DNA from: Acidobacteriota bacterium | GTDB taxonomy: Bacteria > Acidobacteriota > CAIWXX01 | Direction of reading: 5' to 3' | NCBI GenBank assembly: GCA_040755995.1 | Contig: JBFMAF010000037.1 | Span: 160,001-224,000 of the forward strand | DNA length: 64,000 nucleotides | Shown: positions 36,892-44,736 of the stretch, one piece after another | Numbering within the stretch: position 1 is the first letter of the stretch | How the letters are laid out: every line of letters starts with the position of its first letter | Made by a program: the position numbers and the translations under genes | Notes under the pieces: model-generated | Databases searched by the model: none | What the model saw: only the letters and a program-made list of their open reading frames with translations | Told to the model about the DNA's origin: nothing

Positions 36892-38250
36892 ATGAAAGCG
36901 ATCAATCCGGCAACAGGGGAGCTGATCAGGGAGTACGCCGAGCACTCCAGCGGAGAGGTCGAGAGCCGCCTGCGGCGGGCCGAGGAGGCATTCCACCATT
37001 GGAAGCGGACGGCCTTTTCGGAGCGCGCGGCACTGATGAGGGACGCGGCCGCCATACTCCGCGAGGGGCTCGCCGCCTACGCTCGTCTGATGACAGACGA
37101 GATGGGGAAACCGATCACGGCGGCGGAAGCCGAGGCCGAGAAATGCGCTTCGGCGTGCGACTATTTCGCGGAGAACGCCGAACGACTCCTGGCGCCCGAG
37201 ACGATCGCCTCGGATGCGTCGCTGAGCTACGTCCGCTACGATCCGCTCGGTCCGATCCTGGCCGTCATGCCCTGGAACTTCCCTTTCTGGCAGGTCTTCC
37301 GGTTTGCCGCGCCGGGATTGATGGCCGGCAACGTCGGGCTTCTGAAGCACGCCTCGAACGTGCCCGGGTGCGCGCTCGCCATCGAGGAAATCTTTCGGAA
37401 GGCCGGCTTTCCAGACGGTGCTTTCACAACGCTGCTGGTGCCGTCTTCGGCGGTTGCCGAGATCATCCGCCACCCGGTCGTGCGAGCAGTCACGCTCACC
37501 GGGAGCGAGCCCGCGGGTGTCTCGGTTGCATCCGAAGCGGGCTCCGTTCTGAAGAAGACCGTGTTGGAGCTCGGCGGCTCCGACCCGTTCATCGTGCTTG
37601 CCGACGCCGACCCGGAGCAGATAGCCGTCACGGCCGCCGGCGCGCGCTGCATCAACAACGGCCAGAGCTGCATAGCCGCGAAGCGCTTCATAGTGGAGGA
37701 GCCCATTGCCGGCCGTTTCGAAGCCGCGATGGCGAAGAGCATGGCGGCCCTCAAGGTGGGCGACCCGGCTGATCGAACAACCCAAATCGGACCGCTGGCT
37801 CGTCCGGACCTCGTCGACGACCTCCACAGCCAGGTAGAACGCTCGGTTAGGGCCGGCGCCCGGCTCCTGACCGGCGGCAGAATGCTCGACCGGAAGGGAT
37901 ACTACTACGAGCCGACGGTGCTGGCGGGTGTCGAGCCCGGCATGCCCGCATTCGACGAAGAGACCTTCGGCCCCGTTGCCGCCGTCATACGCGCAAAGGA
38001 CGTCGACCACGCCGTGGCTCTCGCGAATCGATCCAGCTTTGGTCTCGGCGCCAGCATCTGGACCGGCGACGCCAAACGCGGGGACTCCCTCGCGCCCCAA
38101 ATCGAAGCCGGCTGCGTGTTCGTCAACGGAATCGTCAAGTCCGATCCCAGGCTCCCGTTCGGCGGCATCAAGCGGTCGGGCTACGGCCGCGAGCTCTCGA
38201 CCTTCGGCATCCGCGAGTTCGTCAACATCAAGACGGTGTGGGTCAAATAG
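36892..38250 (+). CDS. Succinate-semialdehyde dehydrogenase (Sad/GabD1 type)
   Basis: MPWNFPFWQVFRF, LKHASNV, TLTGSE, LELGGSD, NGQSCIAAKR, EETFGP. Confidence 0.88.
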   Translation: MKAINPATGELIREYAEHSSGEVESRLRRAEEAFHHWKRTAFSERAALMRDAAAILREGLAAYARLMTDEMGKPITAAEAEAEKCASACDYFAENAERLLAPETIASDASLSYVRYDPLGPILAVMPWNFPFWQVFRFAAPGLMAGNVGLLKHASNVPGCALAIEEIFRKAGFPDGAFTTLLVPSSAVAEIIRHPVVRAVTLTGSEPAGVSVASEAGSVLKKTVLELGGSDPFIVLADADPEQIAVTAAGARCINNGQSCIAAKRFIVEEPIAGRFEAAMAKSMAALKVGDPADRTTQIGPLARPDLVDDLHSQVERSVRAGARLLTGGRMLDRKGYYYEPTVLAGVEPGMPAFDEETFGPVAAVIRAKDVDHAVALANRSSFGLGASIWTGDAKRGDSLAPQIEAGCVFVNGIVKSDPRLPFGGIKRSGYGRELSTFGIREFVNIKTVWVK

Positions 38251-38264
38251 ACAAGCTGTAGGCG

Positions 38265-38306
38265 CTGCTGCTGGGCGGAGGAAGGCGGTCGGACACCCAG
38301 CAGCAG
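38265..38306. terminator. Hairpin after the SSADH stop
   Basis: CTGCTGCTGGG / CCCAGCAGCAG 11-bp stem; no clear U-tract. Confidence 0.35.
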
Positions 38307-38343
38307 TCGAGTAAACGCCTCGCTCACGCGGCTGTCCTCGCGA

Positions 38344-38406
38344 ATACAGCGCGTCTCGCAGCGCCTCGACTGGTCGGATCTGTTGTGGACTCATGACGCG
38401 CTGTAT
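38344..38406 (+). repeat. Dispersed 63-nt hairpin repeat, copy D (perfect 12-bp terminal inverted repeat)
   Basis: ATACAGCGCGTC...gatctgttgtggactcat...GACGCGCTGTAT. Confidence 0.7.
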
Positions 38407-38417
38407 AGAATGGCGTC

Positions 38418-39149
38418 ATGCGATCGCTCTACGCGATTCCGATCCTCATCCTCAACACCGTCGTCATGGGCTGTCTGTCCATGCTGGCGCTCCTGATCGA
38501 TCGTTCGGGCCGGCTTTCGCACCTGGTCGCGCGATACTGGTCGCGTTGCATACTGTACACGTGCGGAGTGCGCGTGAGGCTGCACGGGACGGTCTCCTCG
38601 GACCCCAAGGCGGCCTACATCGTAATGTCGAATCACCAGGGCATCCTGGACATCCCGTTGCTGTTCGCCTACCTGCCTCTGCAGTTTCGGATCATGGCCA
38701 AGCGTTCGCTGTTCCTGATCCCGTTTCTCGGATGGCACCTGTATCTATCCGGGCACATCCCGATCAATCGGAGGAGCATGAGGCAGAGTGCCAAGGCGCT
38801 GCTCAGGGCGGCCGGAAAGGTGAAGCGTGGGACCTCCATCGTGCTCTTCCCGGAAGGCACTCGCAGCCGGGATGGGCAGCCGGGGCAGTTCAAGCTGGGC
38901 GGGTTCCGGCTGGCCCAGGAGCACGAGCTCCCCATTCTGCCGGTGACGATCGACGGGAGCCTGCCGATTCTCCCAAAGGGCTCCGCATGGATTCGCAGCG
39001 CTCCTCCGGTCAACCTCACATTCCACCCGCCCGTGACCGCCGGTGGCTTGGCGGATCGCGCCGAGCTGGTCGAGAAGGTGCGATCGGCCATCGTCGGGGC
39101 GCTTCCGGGAGTCAAAGAGGCCAGCCCCCAGGCTGCAATGGCTGACTGA
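38418..39149 (+). CDS. plsC: 1-acyl-sn-glycerol-3-phosphate acyltransferase
   Basis: NHQGILD (NHxxxxD) and FPEGTRS motifs. Confidence 0.88.
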   Translation: MRSLYAIPILILNTVVMGCLSMLALLIDRSGRLSHLVARYWSRCILYTCGVRVRLHGTVSSDPKAAYIVMSNHQGILDIPLLFAYLPLQFRIMAKRSLFLIPFLGWHLYLSGHIPINRRSMRQSAKALLRAAGKVKRGTSIVLFPEGTRSRDGQPGQFKLGGFRLAQEHELPILPVTIDGSLPILPKGSAWIRSAPPVNLTFHPPVTAGGLADRAELVEKVRSAIVGALPGVKEASPQAAMAD

Positions 39150-39205
39150 TCGCACCGGCGAGATTCGAGCGTCGGAGCGTCTGCAGGTCGCTGGCGCCGC
39201 GAAAC

Positions 39206-39225
39206 ATTACTACATATGTAGTAAT
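39206..39225. promoter_or_regulatory. Perfect 20-bp palindrome, BlaI/MecI/CopY-type operator
   Basis: ATTACTACATATGTAGTAAT contains TACA-NN-TGTA. Confidence 0.65.
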
Positions 39226-39451
39226 CCAGCGGCCGGGCGGCGCCGCGCACAGGTCGGAAGTCAATCGAAAGAGCGAGACCTGCCGCTCTGGCAAAGTGTG
39301 GCGGGACCGGCTATGGTGAGTGTATGAGACGGAACGCAGGAGATCGCACGGGCAAGGCAGCGCCGCCGGGGTACGCGGCTGCTCCGGGCGCGCCCGCGCG
39401 ACGCGCCTCGCGCGGTACAGCATCCGCTGCTCAGGCGGGCCGGGGTGAATC

Positions 39452-40357
39452 GTGAGCCTGCTCGCGCAGTTCTCGCAGGACCTGGAGGCGCTGGTGGCAC
39501 AGACGTCGCCGGCGGTCGTGAGTGTAGAGACGCCGTCGGGCCAGGGATCCGGCGTCGTGCTGGCGCAGGACGGCTACATCCTGTCGAACGCTCACGTGGT
39601 GCCGAGGTCCGGAGGGCTCAGCATCGGTCTCTCGGATGGCAGCCACTTGAAAGGTGATGTGGTCGGCGTTGACGAGCGCACCGACATCGGGGTGGTGCGC
39701 GTCGATGCACACGACCTGCCGAGTCTGGCCGTTGCAGACAGCCGGCGCCTGCGCGTCGGCCAGGTAGTAGTCGCGATAGGGAATCCGCTGCGGTTCGAGC
39801 GCTCCGTAAGCCTGGGCGTCGTGAGCGCGCTGGACCGCAGCCTGCCTGGCCCGAAGGGCACGCTCTTCGAAGGCCTGATCCAGACGGATGCAGCGATCAA
39901 CCCGGGCAACTCGGGCGGCCCCTTGGTAGATTCCGAGGGGACCGTGGTGGGCATCAACACGGCCATTATTCCGTTCGCGCAAGGTCTGGGCTTCGCGATT
40001 CCGGCGCACACGGCGAGCTGGGTGGCGGCGGTGCTGATCCAGGCTGGAGAGGTCCGGCGGCCGTACCTCGGTGTGGCGGCCAGGGGTGTGGACCTATCCG
40101 TCTCCACGGCGCGCGCGGCGGGCCAGGTGCGGGCTGTGCGCGTCTTCGGCGTCAACGCGTCTACACCGGCTCACGAGGCCGGCCTGCGCGAAGGCGACCT
40201 GCTGCTCTCGGCCAACGGGAACCCGCTGGCCAGCGTCGACGACCTGCAGCGCACTCTGGTGCTCGGCCGCGCGGAGGAGCTCCGGCTGGTGCTCCTTCGC
40301 AACCACCAGCGCCTCGAAATCGTCCTGCGTCCGGCAGCGCACGCAGCCGCCGCCTGA
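39452..40357 (+). CDS. HtrA/S1C serine protease with PDZ domain, no signal peptide
   Basis: GSGVV, SNAHVV, TDIG, IQTDAAINPGNSGGPL, PYLGV PDZ entry. Confidence 0.9.
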   Translation: MSLLAQFSQDLEALVAQTSPAVVSVETPSGQGSGVVLAQDGYILSNAHVVPRSGGLSIGLSDGSHLKGDVVGVDERTDIGVVRVDAHDLPSLAVADSRRLRVGQVVVAIGNPLRFERSVSLGVVSALDRSLPGPKGTLFEGLIQTDAAINPGNSGGPLVDSEGTVVGINTAIIPFAQGLGFAIPAHTASWVAAVLIQAGEVRRPYLGVAARGVDLSVSTARAAGQVRAVRVFGVNASTPAHEAGLREGDLLLSANGNPLASVDDLQRTLVLGRAEELRLVLLRNHQRLEIVLRPAAHAAAA

Positions 40358-40451
40358 GACGCCCGTCCGCGTTCTCACACAAGCAGATTGACGCCTCCCG
40401 CCGCCATCGAAACGTCTGTTGCCTGCGCGCCCGTTGCGATAATATACCCGC

Positions 40452-41900
40452 GTGAGATCAGCCACCGCGGCCGTCGCGCTTCTAGGTCTGTTGGCCCTGG
40501 CCGCCGCGATCTTCGCTCTGGACCGGCTGCAGATCGTGCCCTGGGAGTACGTCCTGGGAATCCTCGCCGCGGCGGCTGTCTGCGCGGCTGTCATTTACGG
40601 GCTGGTGAAGGCGCTCGGCGTGACGCTCGCGAGGGCGCCGGCCCGCATCCCGAGGGAGAGGACCTTTTCGGTCCACTCGCCTGAGCGATTCAAGTCGGTC
40701 ATCGATGCATACAACAGCAGCTCCTCGACGGATGTGCCAGAGATGGTGGACTACGTCGTTCACCAGGCCGCCGGGTTGAACGCTTCGGACATTCATCTCG
40801 TTCCGTATCGCGACTTCCTGTCGGTGCGATACAGGATCGACGGAATCCTCACGGACATGGCCCATGTGGCTCCGCACCTGCGGGAATCCGTGACGAACCG
40901 GCTGAAGGTGCTCTCCGAGGTCGTGACCTACGTCCACGACAAGCCGCAAGACGGCCGATTTGGCGTAGACGTCGGGGGCCGCCGAATGGACATCCGAATC
41001 GCATTCATGCCGACGTTGCACGGCGAGCGCGTTGTGATGAGAATCCTGGACCGGGCCGAGGTGGAATTCGGGCTGGTCAACCTCGGTTTCACCGGCACCC
41101 AGCTCGACATTTTTGGCGAGATCATCTCCCGGCCCCAGGGCATGGTGATCCTCACGGGCCCGACCGGCTCGGGAAAAACCACTACCATCTACTGCGCGCT
41201 TAGAACGATCCTCACCAGAAACCAGATGGCCTGCTCGATCTACACACTGGAGGACCCGATCGAGTACGATCTGTTGAACATCAATCAGACCCAGATCGAC
41301 GAAGCGCAGGGATTCACCTTCGAACAGGGGCTGAAGACCATGCTTCGCCAGGACCCCGATGTCATCATGGTGGGCGAGATCAGGGATATCGAGACCGCAC
41401 GGATCGCCATCCAGGCCGGTATGACCGGACACCTGATCATAACGACTGTGCACGCGAAGGGCGCGGCAGGCGTATTCATGCGGCTCGTCGAGATGGGACT
41501 CGACCCGCACTCCGTGGCATCGGCCGTGACCGCAGTCGTGTCGCAGCGGCTGGTCCGAGTGCTCTGCCCGCACTGCAAGCGTGTCGAGCCGGCAACGCCC
41601 GGCCAGGAGGCGAAGCTGGGCCGCAACCTCGCCGGTGTTGAGTTCTACGGTCCTGCGGGCTGTCCCAAGTGCGGAATGAAAGGGTACCTGGGTCGCCACG
41701 GCGTGTTCGAAATCCTGGCGGTGAATGAACCCGTGCGCAAGCTGATCGTCGAGCGTGCATCTTCCGAGCGGATCCACCGCGAGTTCCTCGACCACGGAGT
41801 GCGCACCCTGCTCGAAAACGGAATCGATCTGGCCAGGCGGGGAGAAACATCGCTGGACGAAATCATCCGGACACTGCCTCTGAGGAGCGAATTCGATTGA
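40452..41900 (+). CDS. GspE/PilB-family secretion ATPase with two N-terminal TM helices
   Basis: ASDIH, RIDG, GPTGSGKTT, LEDPIEY, RQDPDVIMVGEIRD, TGHLIITTVH, CPHC...CPKC. Confidence 0.9.
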   Translation: MRSATAAVALLGLLALAAAIFALDRLQIVPWEYVLGILAAAAVCAAVIYGLVKALGVTLARAPARIPRERTFSVHSPERFKSVIDAYNSSSSTDVPEMVDYVVHQAAGLNASDIHLVPYRDFLSVRYRIDGILTDMAHVAPHLRESVTNRLKVLSEVVTYVHDKPQDGRFGVDVGGRRMDIRIAFMPTLHGERVVMRILDRAEVEFGLVNLGFTGTQLDIFGEIISRPQGMVILTGPTGSGKTTTIYCALRTILTRNQMACSIYTLEDPIEYDLLNINQTQIDEAQGFTFEQGLKTMLRQDPDVIMVGEIRDIETARIAIQAGMTGHLIITTVHAKGAAGVFMRLVEMGLDPHSVASAVTAVVSQRLVRVLCPHCKRVEPATPGQEAKLGRNLAGVEFYGPAGCPKCGMKGYLGRHGVFEILAVNEPVRKLIVERASSERIHREFLDHGVRTLLENGIDLARRGETSLDEIIRTLPLRSEFD

Positions 41901-43534
41901 GCGAGATTCCAGATTGGAGCGCCCTTCGCGAGCGGCTGGGTGAGGTGTCGCCTCACAAGCGAGTCCTCGTCCCTTTCGGAATCCTGTTGTTCAGCTGCCT
42001 CGCCGGATCCACCTTGCGGTCCCCGGCTCTGCGCGCTTTCCTCGCAATGGTCATGCTCGCCGTCGCGATCGGCTTCGCGTTCGTGCTGGGAAAAGTCGCG
42101 CGCGCGTTTCTGTTCGCGACCGCCGCCACCGGCTATATCCTCGCGTTCGGTCAGGTGAAGGACAGCATGTTCTTCTCCTTCATGAGCATGGTCGCCTCAT
42201 ACGGCGTCCCACCGCTGGTCGTACACTTGATGATGATGTTCTCCGAGACCCGGCCTCGCGTGATCGCAACACTCAGGGCGCTGCACCTCTACATCCCGAT
42301 GGCTGTCACGTACGCGGCGGGCTTCAGCGTACTGCTGATGGAGCAGCGCCAGGGGCTCGCCCTGACCGGCTTCACGACACCGCTCGTCCCGTTGATCTAC
42401 TGGGGCTACTACGCGGTCCTGATGTTCTTCGTCACACTCGGCTTCCTCTCCGGCATGCCCGCGCCCAGGCCTGCCCCACGACAATCCACCGACGCCGGGG
42501 ACCTTGAGCGAGAGGGCAAGTTCGGCATTGCAAGCCGCGTCTACGCCCGGTCGCAACAATTCGACAAGAGCGCAGAGGCCGCGCAGCGGGGCGGAGACTG
42601 GCTGCACGCGGCCGAGATGTACCGGCAGGCCGGCGACTCATTCAACGCCGGTGAGATGTACTACCGCGCGCAGAAGTGGGACGACGCGATCGCGATGTAC
42701 GAGCGCGCCAAGGCGTACGGCGCAGCCGCCCGCGTGCTCCTGCAAGTCGGCAGGCACGAAGAGGCCGCCAGGCTCTACGAGAAGGCCGGAGACGCTGCGC
42801 AGGCGGTGAGAGTGCTGGAAGAGGCTGAGAAAAAGCCGGGCCCCGACCTGTACCTGGCGGCTCGCCAGTACGACAAGGCCGCAGCCGCATACGCCGAGCG
42901 CGGAGACTGGATACGAGCGGCCGAGATCACCGAGATGCAGCTCAGAAAGATGGAAGACGCAGCCTCGCTATACGTGCGAGCCGGCAGCTTCGGCAAAGCA
43001 GGCGAGCTCTATGAGGCCGCCGGCAAGAAGGCCGATGCCGTCGAGGCCTACCTGAAATCGCCCGTCACGGCAGCCCGCGCCGCGCGGATGGCACTGGAAG
43101 CCGGCGACGTGGACCGCGCCGCCGGCATTCTCGAGAACCTCGCTGCAGCACAGAACGCAGAATGCGACGACGAGGATGCGCTGATGATGCTCGCGCGGAT
43201 ACATGTCGAGCGACAGAAGACCGACGACGCCATACGCATCCTGCAGCGCTTGAAGCGCTTCCCCGAGCCGGGTGCGTCGGTGTTCTTCCTTCTGGGCCGC
43301 TGCCTGCTCGCAAAGGGCTTGCCCGAAATGGCCGTAGAAGAGCTCCGCACCGCCGTCGAGATGCAGCTCGCCCCCGCCGAGGCACTCGAAGCCCAATACG
43401 ATCTCGCATGCGCCCTGGAAGCCACGAACCAGCCCGCCGAAGCCACTCAGATCTACCACGCCATCATGGCCAAGGACCTGTACTTCAAGGACGTGGAACA
43501 ACGGTACAGGCGGCTCAAGCGGGGCCCTTCATGA
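41897..43534 (+). CDS. Multi-TM membrane protein with TPR/SNAP-like helical repeats
   Basis: About six hydrophobic helices, then AAEMY/AGEMY/AARLY repeats and a TPR tail; TTGA overlap with the ATPase stop. Confidence 0.8.
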   Translation: MSEIPDWSALRERLGEVSPHKRVLVPFGILLFSCLAGSTLRSPALRAFLAMVMLAVAIGFAFVLGKVARAFLFATAATGYILAFGQVKDSMFFSFMSMVASYGVPPLVVHLMMMFSETRPRVIATLRALHLYIPMAVTYAAGFSVLLMEQRQGLALTGFTTPLVPLIYWGYYAVLMFFVTLGFLSGMPAPRPAPRQSTDAGDLEREGKFGIASRVYARSQQFDKSAEAAQRGGDWLHAAEMYRQAGDSFNAGEMYYRAQKWDDAIAMYERAKAYGAAARVLLQVGRHEEAARLYEKAGDAAQAVRVLEEAEKKPGPDLYLAARQYDKAAAAYAERGDWIRAAEITEMQLRKMEDAASLYVRAGSFGKAGELYEAAGKKADAVEAYLKSPVTAARAARMALEAGDVDRAAGILENLAAAQNAECDDEDALMMLARIHVERQKTDDAIRILQRLKRFPEPGASVFFLLGRCLLAKGLPEMAVEELRTAVEMQLAPAEALEAQYDLACALEATNQPAEATQIYHAIMAKDLYFKDVEQRYRRLKRGPS

Positions 43535-44571
43535 AGGTCCTCGTCATTACCTCGGACGTCCCGTTCATCCACGGCGGACATCGGATCATCGCATCCTGTC
43601 TGGTCAGGGCGTTGCAGGCGCGGGGTGTACAGGCCGAAGCGCTCTTCACGCCGCAGAACCGGTTCGGACGCCAGTTCGCGGCTTATCTCGCCACCTACCT
43701 TACCGACGTGGGACTGACCGGCACTAACGAGAAGGTTGACCAGATAGTCACGCTGCGCTTCCCAAGCTACGCGCTGCGCCACGACCGTCACGTCTGCTGG
43801 CTGCTGCACCGGATGCGCGAGTACTACGACCTGTGGCCCGAATGGCGCGCGCGGCTGAGCTGGAAAGGCGCCGTCAAGGAACGCGTACGCCGCGCGCTCA
43901 TCCAACGCGCCGATAGCTACTTTCTGCGCCGCGTAACGAAACTCTTCGCACTCTCCGCCACCGTGCAGCAGCGGCTCCGCCGCTGGGGCGGGATCGACTC
44001 CGAGGTGCTCCACCCGCCGCCGCCGCAACGCCCGTACCGGTGCGATTCATTCGGCGACTTCATCTTCGCGCCGTCGCGGCTGAACCCGCTCAAGCGCCAG
44101 CAGCTGCTGGTCGAGGCCATGGCCGCGGCGCGCGACCGCAGCATCCGCGCCGTCATATCGGGAGGGGGCGAGTCGCACGAGATGCTTGCCGCGCTGATAC
44201 GCGATCGGGGTCTCGAAGCGCGCTGCACGCTGGCAGGTCACCTCTCCGAAGACGCGCTGATCGAACACTACGCACAGTGCCGCGCCGTCTTTTTCGCGCC
44301 GAAGAGCGAAGACTACGGGTTCGTTACGGCCGAGGCATTCGCGTCAGGCAAGCCCGTCGTGACGTGCGTGGACAGCGGCGGGGCGGCCGAGCTGGTGGAG
44401 GACGGTGGCAACGGATTCGTTGTAGCGCCGGAGCCAGCCGCCGTGGCCGCGCGAATCGACGAGCTCGCGGGCGACCGGGAGCTGGCCGAGCGGCTCGGGG
44501 ATCGCGGACGCACGCGCGTGTCGGCCGTCACCTGGGAGAAAACGGCAGATCGCCTGCTTCTACAGGAGTAG
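43531..44571 (+). CDS. Glycosyltransferase family 4 (GT-B)
   Basis: MKVLVITS...GG, SRLNPLKR, EDYGFVTAEAFASGKPVV; ATGA overlap with the upstream stop. Confidence 0.9.
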   Translation: MKVLVITSDVPFIHGGHRIIASCLVRALQARGVQAEALFTPQNRFGRQFAAYLATYLTDVGLTGTNEKVDQIVTLRFPSYALRHDRHVCWLLHRMREYYDLWPEWRARLSWKGAVKERVRRALIQRADSYFLRRVTKLFALSATVQQRLRRWGGIDSEVLHPPPPQRPYRCDSFGDFIFAPSRLNPLKRQQLLVEAMAAARDRSIRAVISGGGESHEMLAALIRDRGLEARCTLAGHLSEDALIEHYAQCRAVFFAPKSEDYGFVTAEAFASGKPVVTCVDSGGAAELVEDGGNGFVVAPEPAAVAARIDELAGDRELAERLGDRGRTRVSAVTWEKTADRLLLQE

Positions 44572-44573
44572 AA

Positions 44574-44620
44574 GCACAAGATCTTGTGGTCCACCGCGGG
44601 ATCGCCCAACAAATGGTAGC
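44574..44620. promoter_or_regulatory. Tandem NrdR-box-like sites
   Basis: gCACAAGATCTTGTGg (44574-44589, perfect 14-bp core palindrome) and cccaacaaatggtagc (44605-44620), 31 bp apart. Confidence 0.5.
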
Positions 44621-44626
44621 ATCGAC

Positions 44627-44658
44627 TTTTCCACACACTTTTCAACGCTTGTGGAAAT
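44627..44658. promoter_or_regulatory. DnaA-box-like cluster
   Basis: TTTTCCACA (44627-44635), TTTTCAACG (44639-44647) and inverted TGTGGAAAT (44650-44658), compared with consensus TTATCCACA. Confidence 0.5.
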
Positions 44659-44736
44659 CGTGTTTCGGGCGTGGGGGTAATCCCCTTGGCCGGCGGACAG
44701 GGCGGGGACAGGGGCCCGCGGCGACAGGGCCCGCCG

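Noticed and set aside
12032..38406. 63-nt hairpins as integron attC sites or a riboswitch
   Set aside because: No RYYYAAC/GTTRRRY ends, no integron integrase, and positions are not consistently 5' of genes.
39206..39225. Palindrome as an NrdR box
   Set aside because: Six bases separate CTA and TAG rather than four; it fits TACA-NN-TGTA better.
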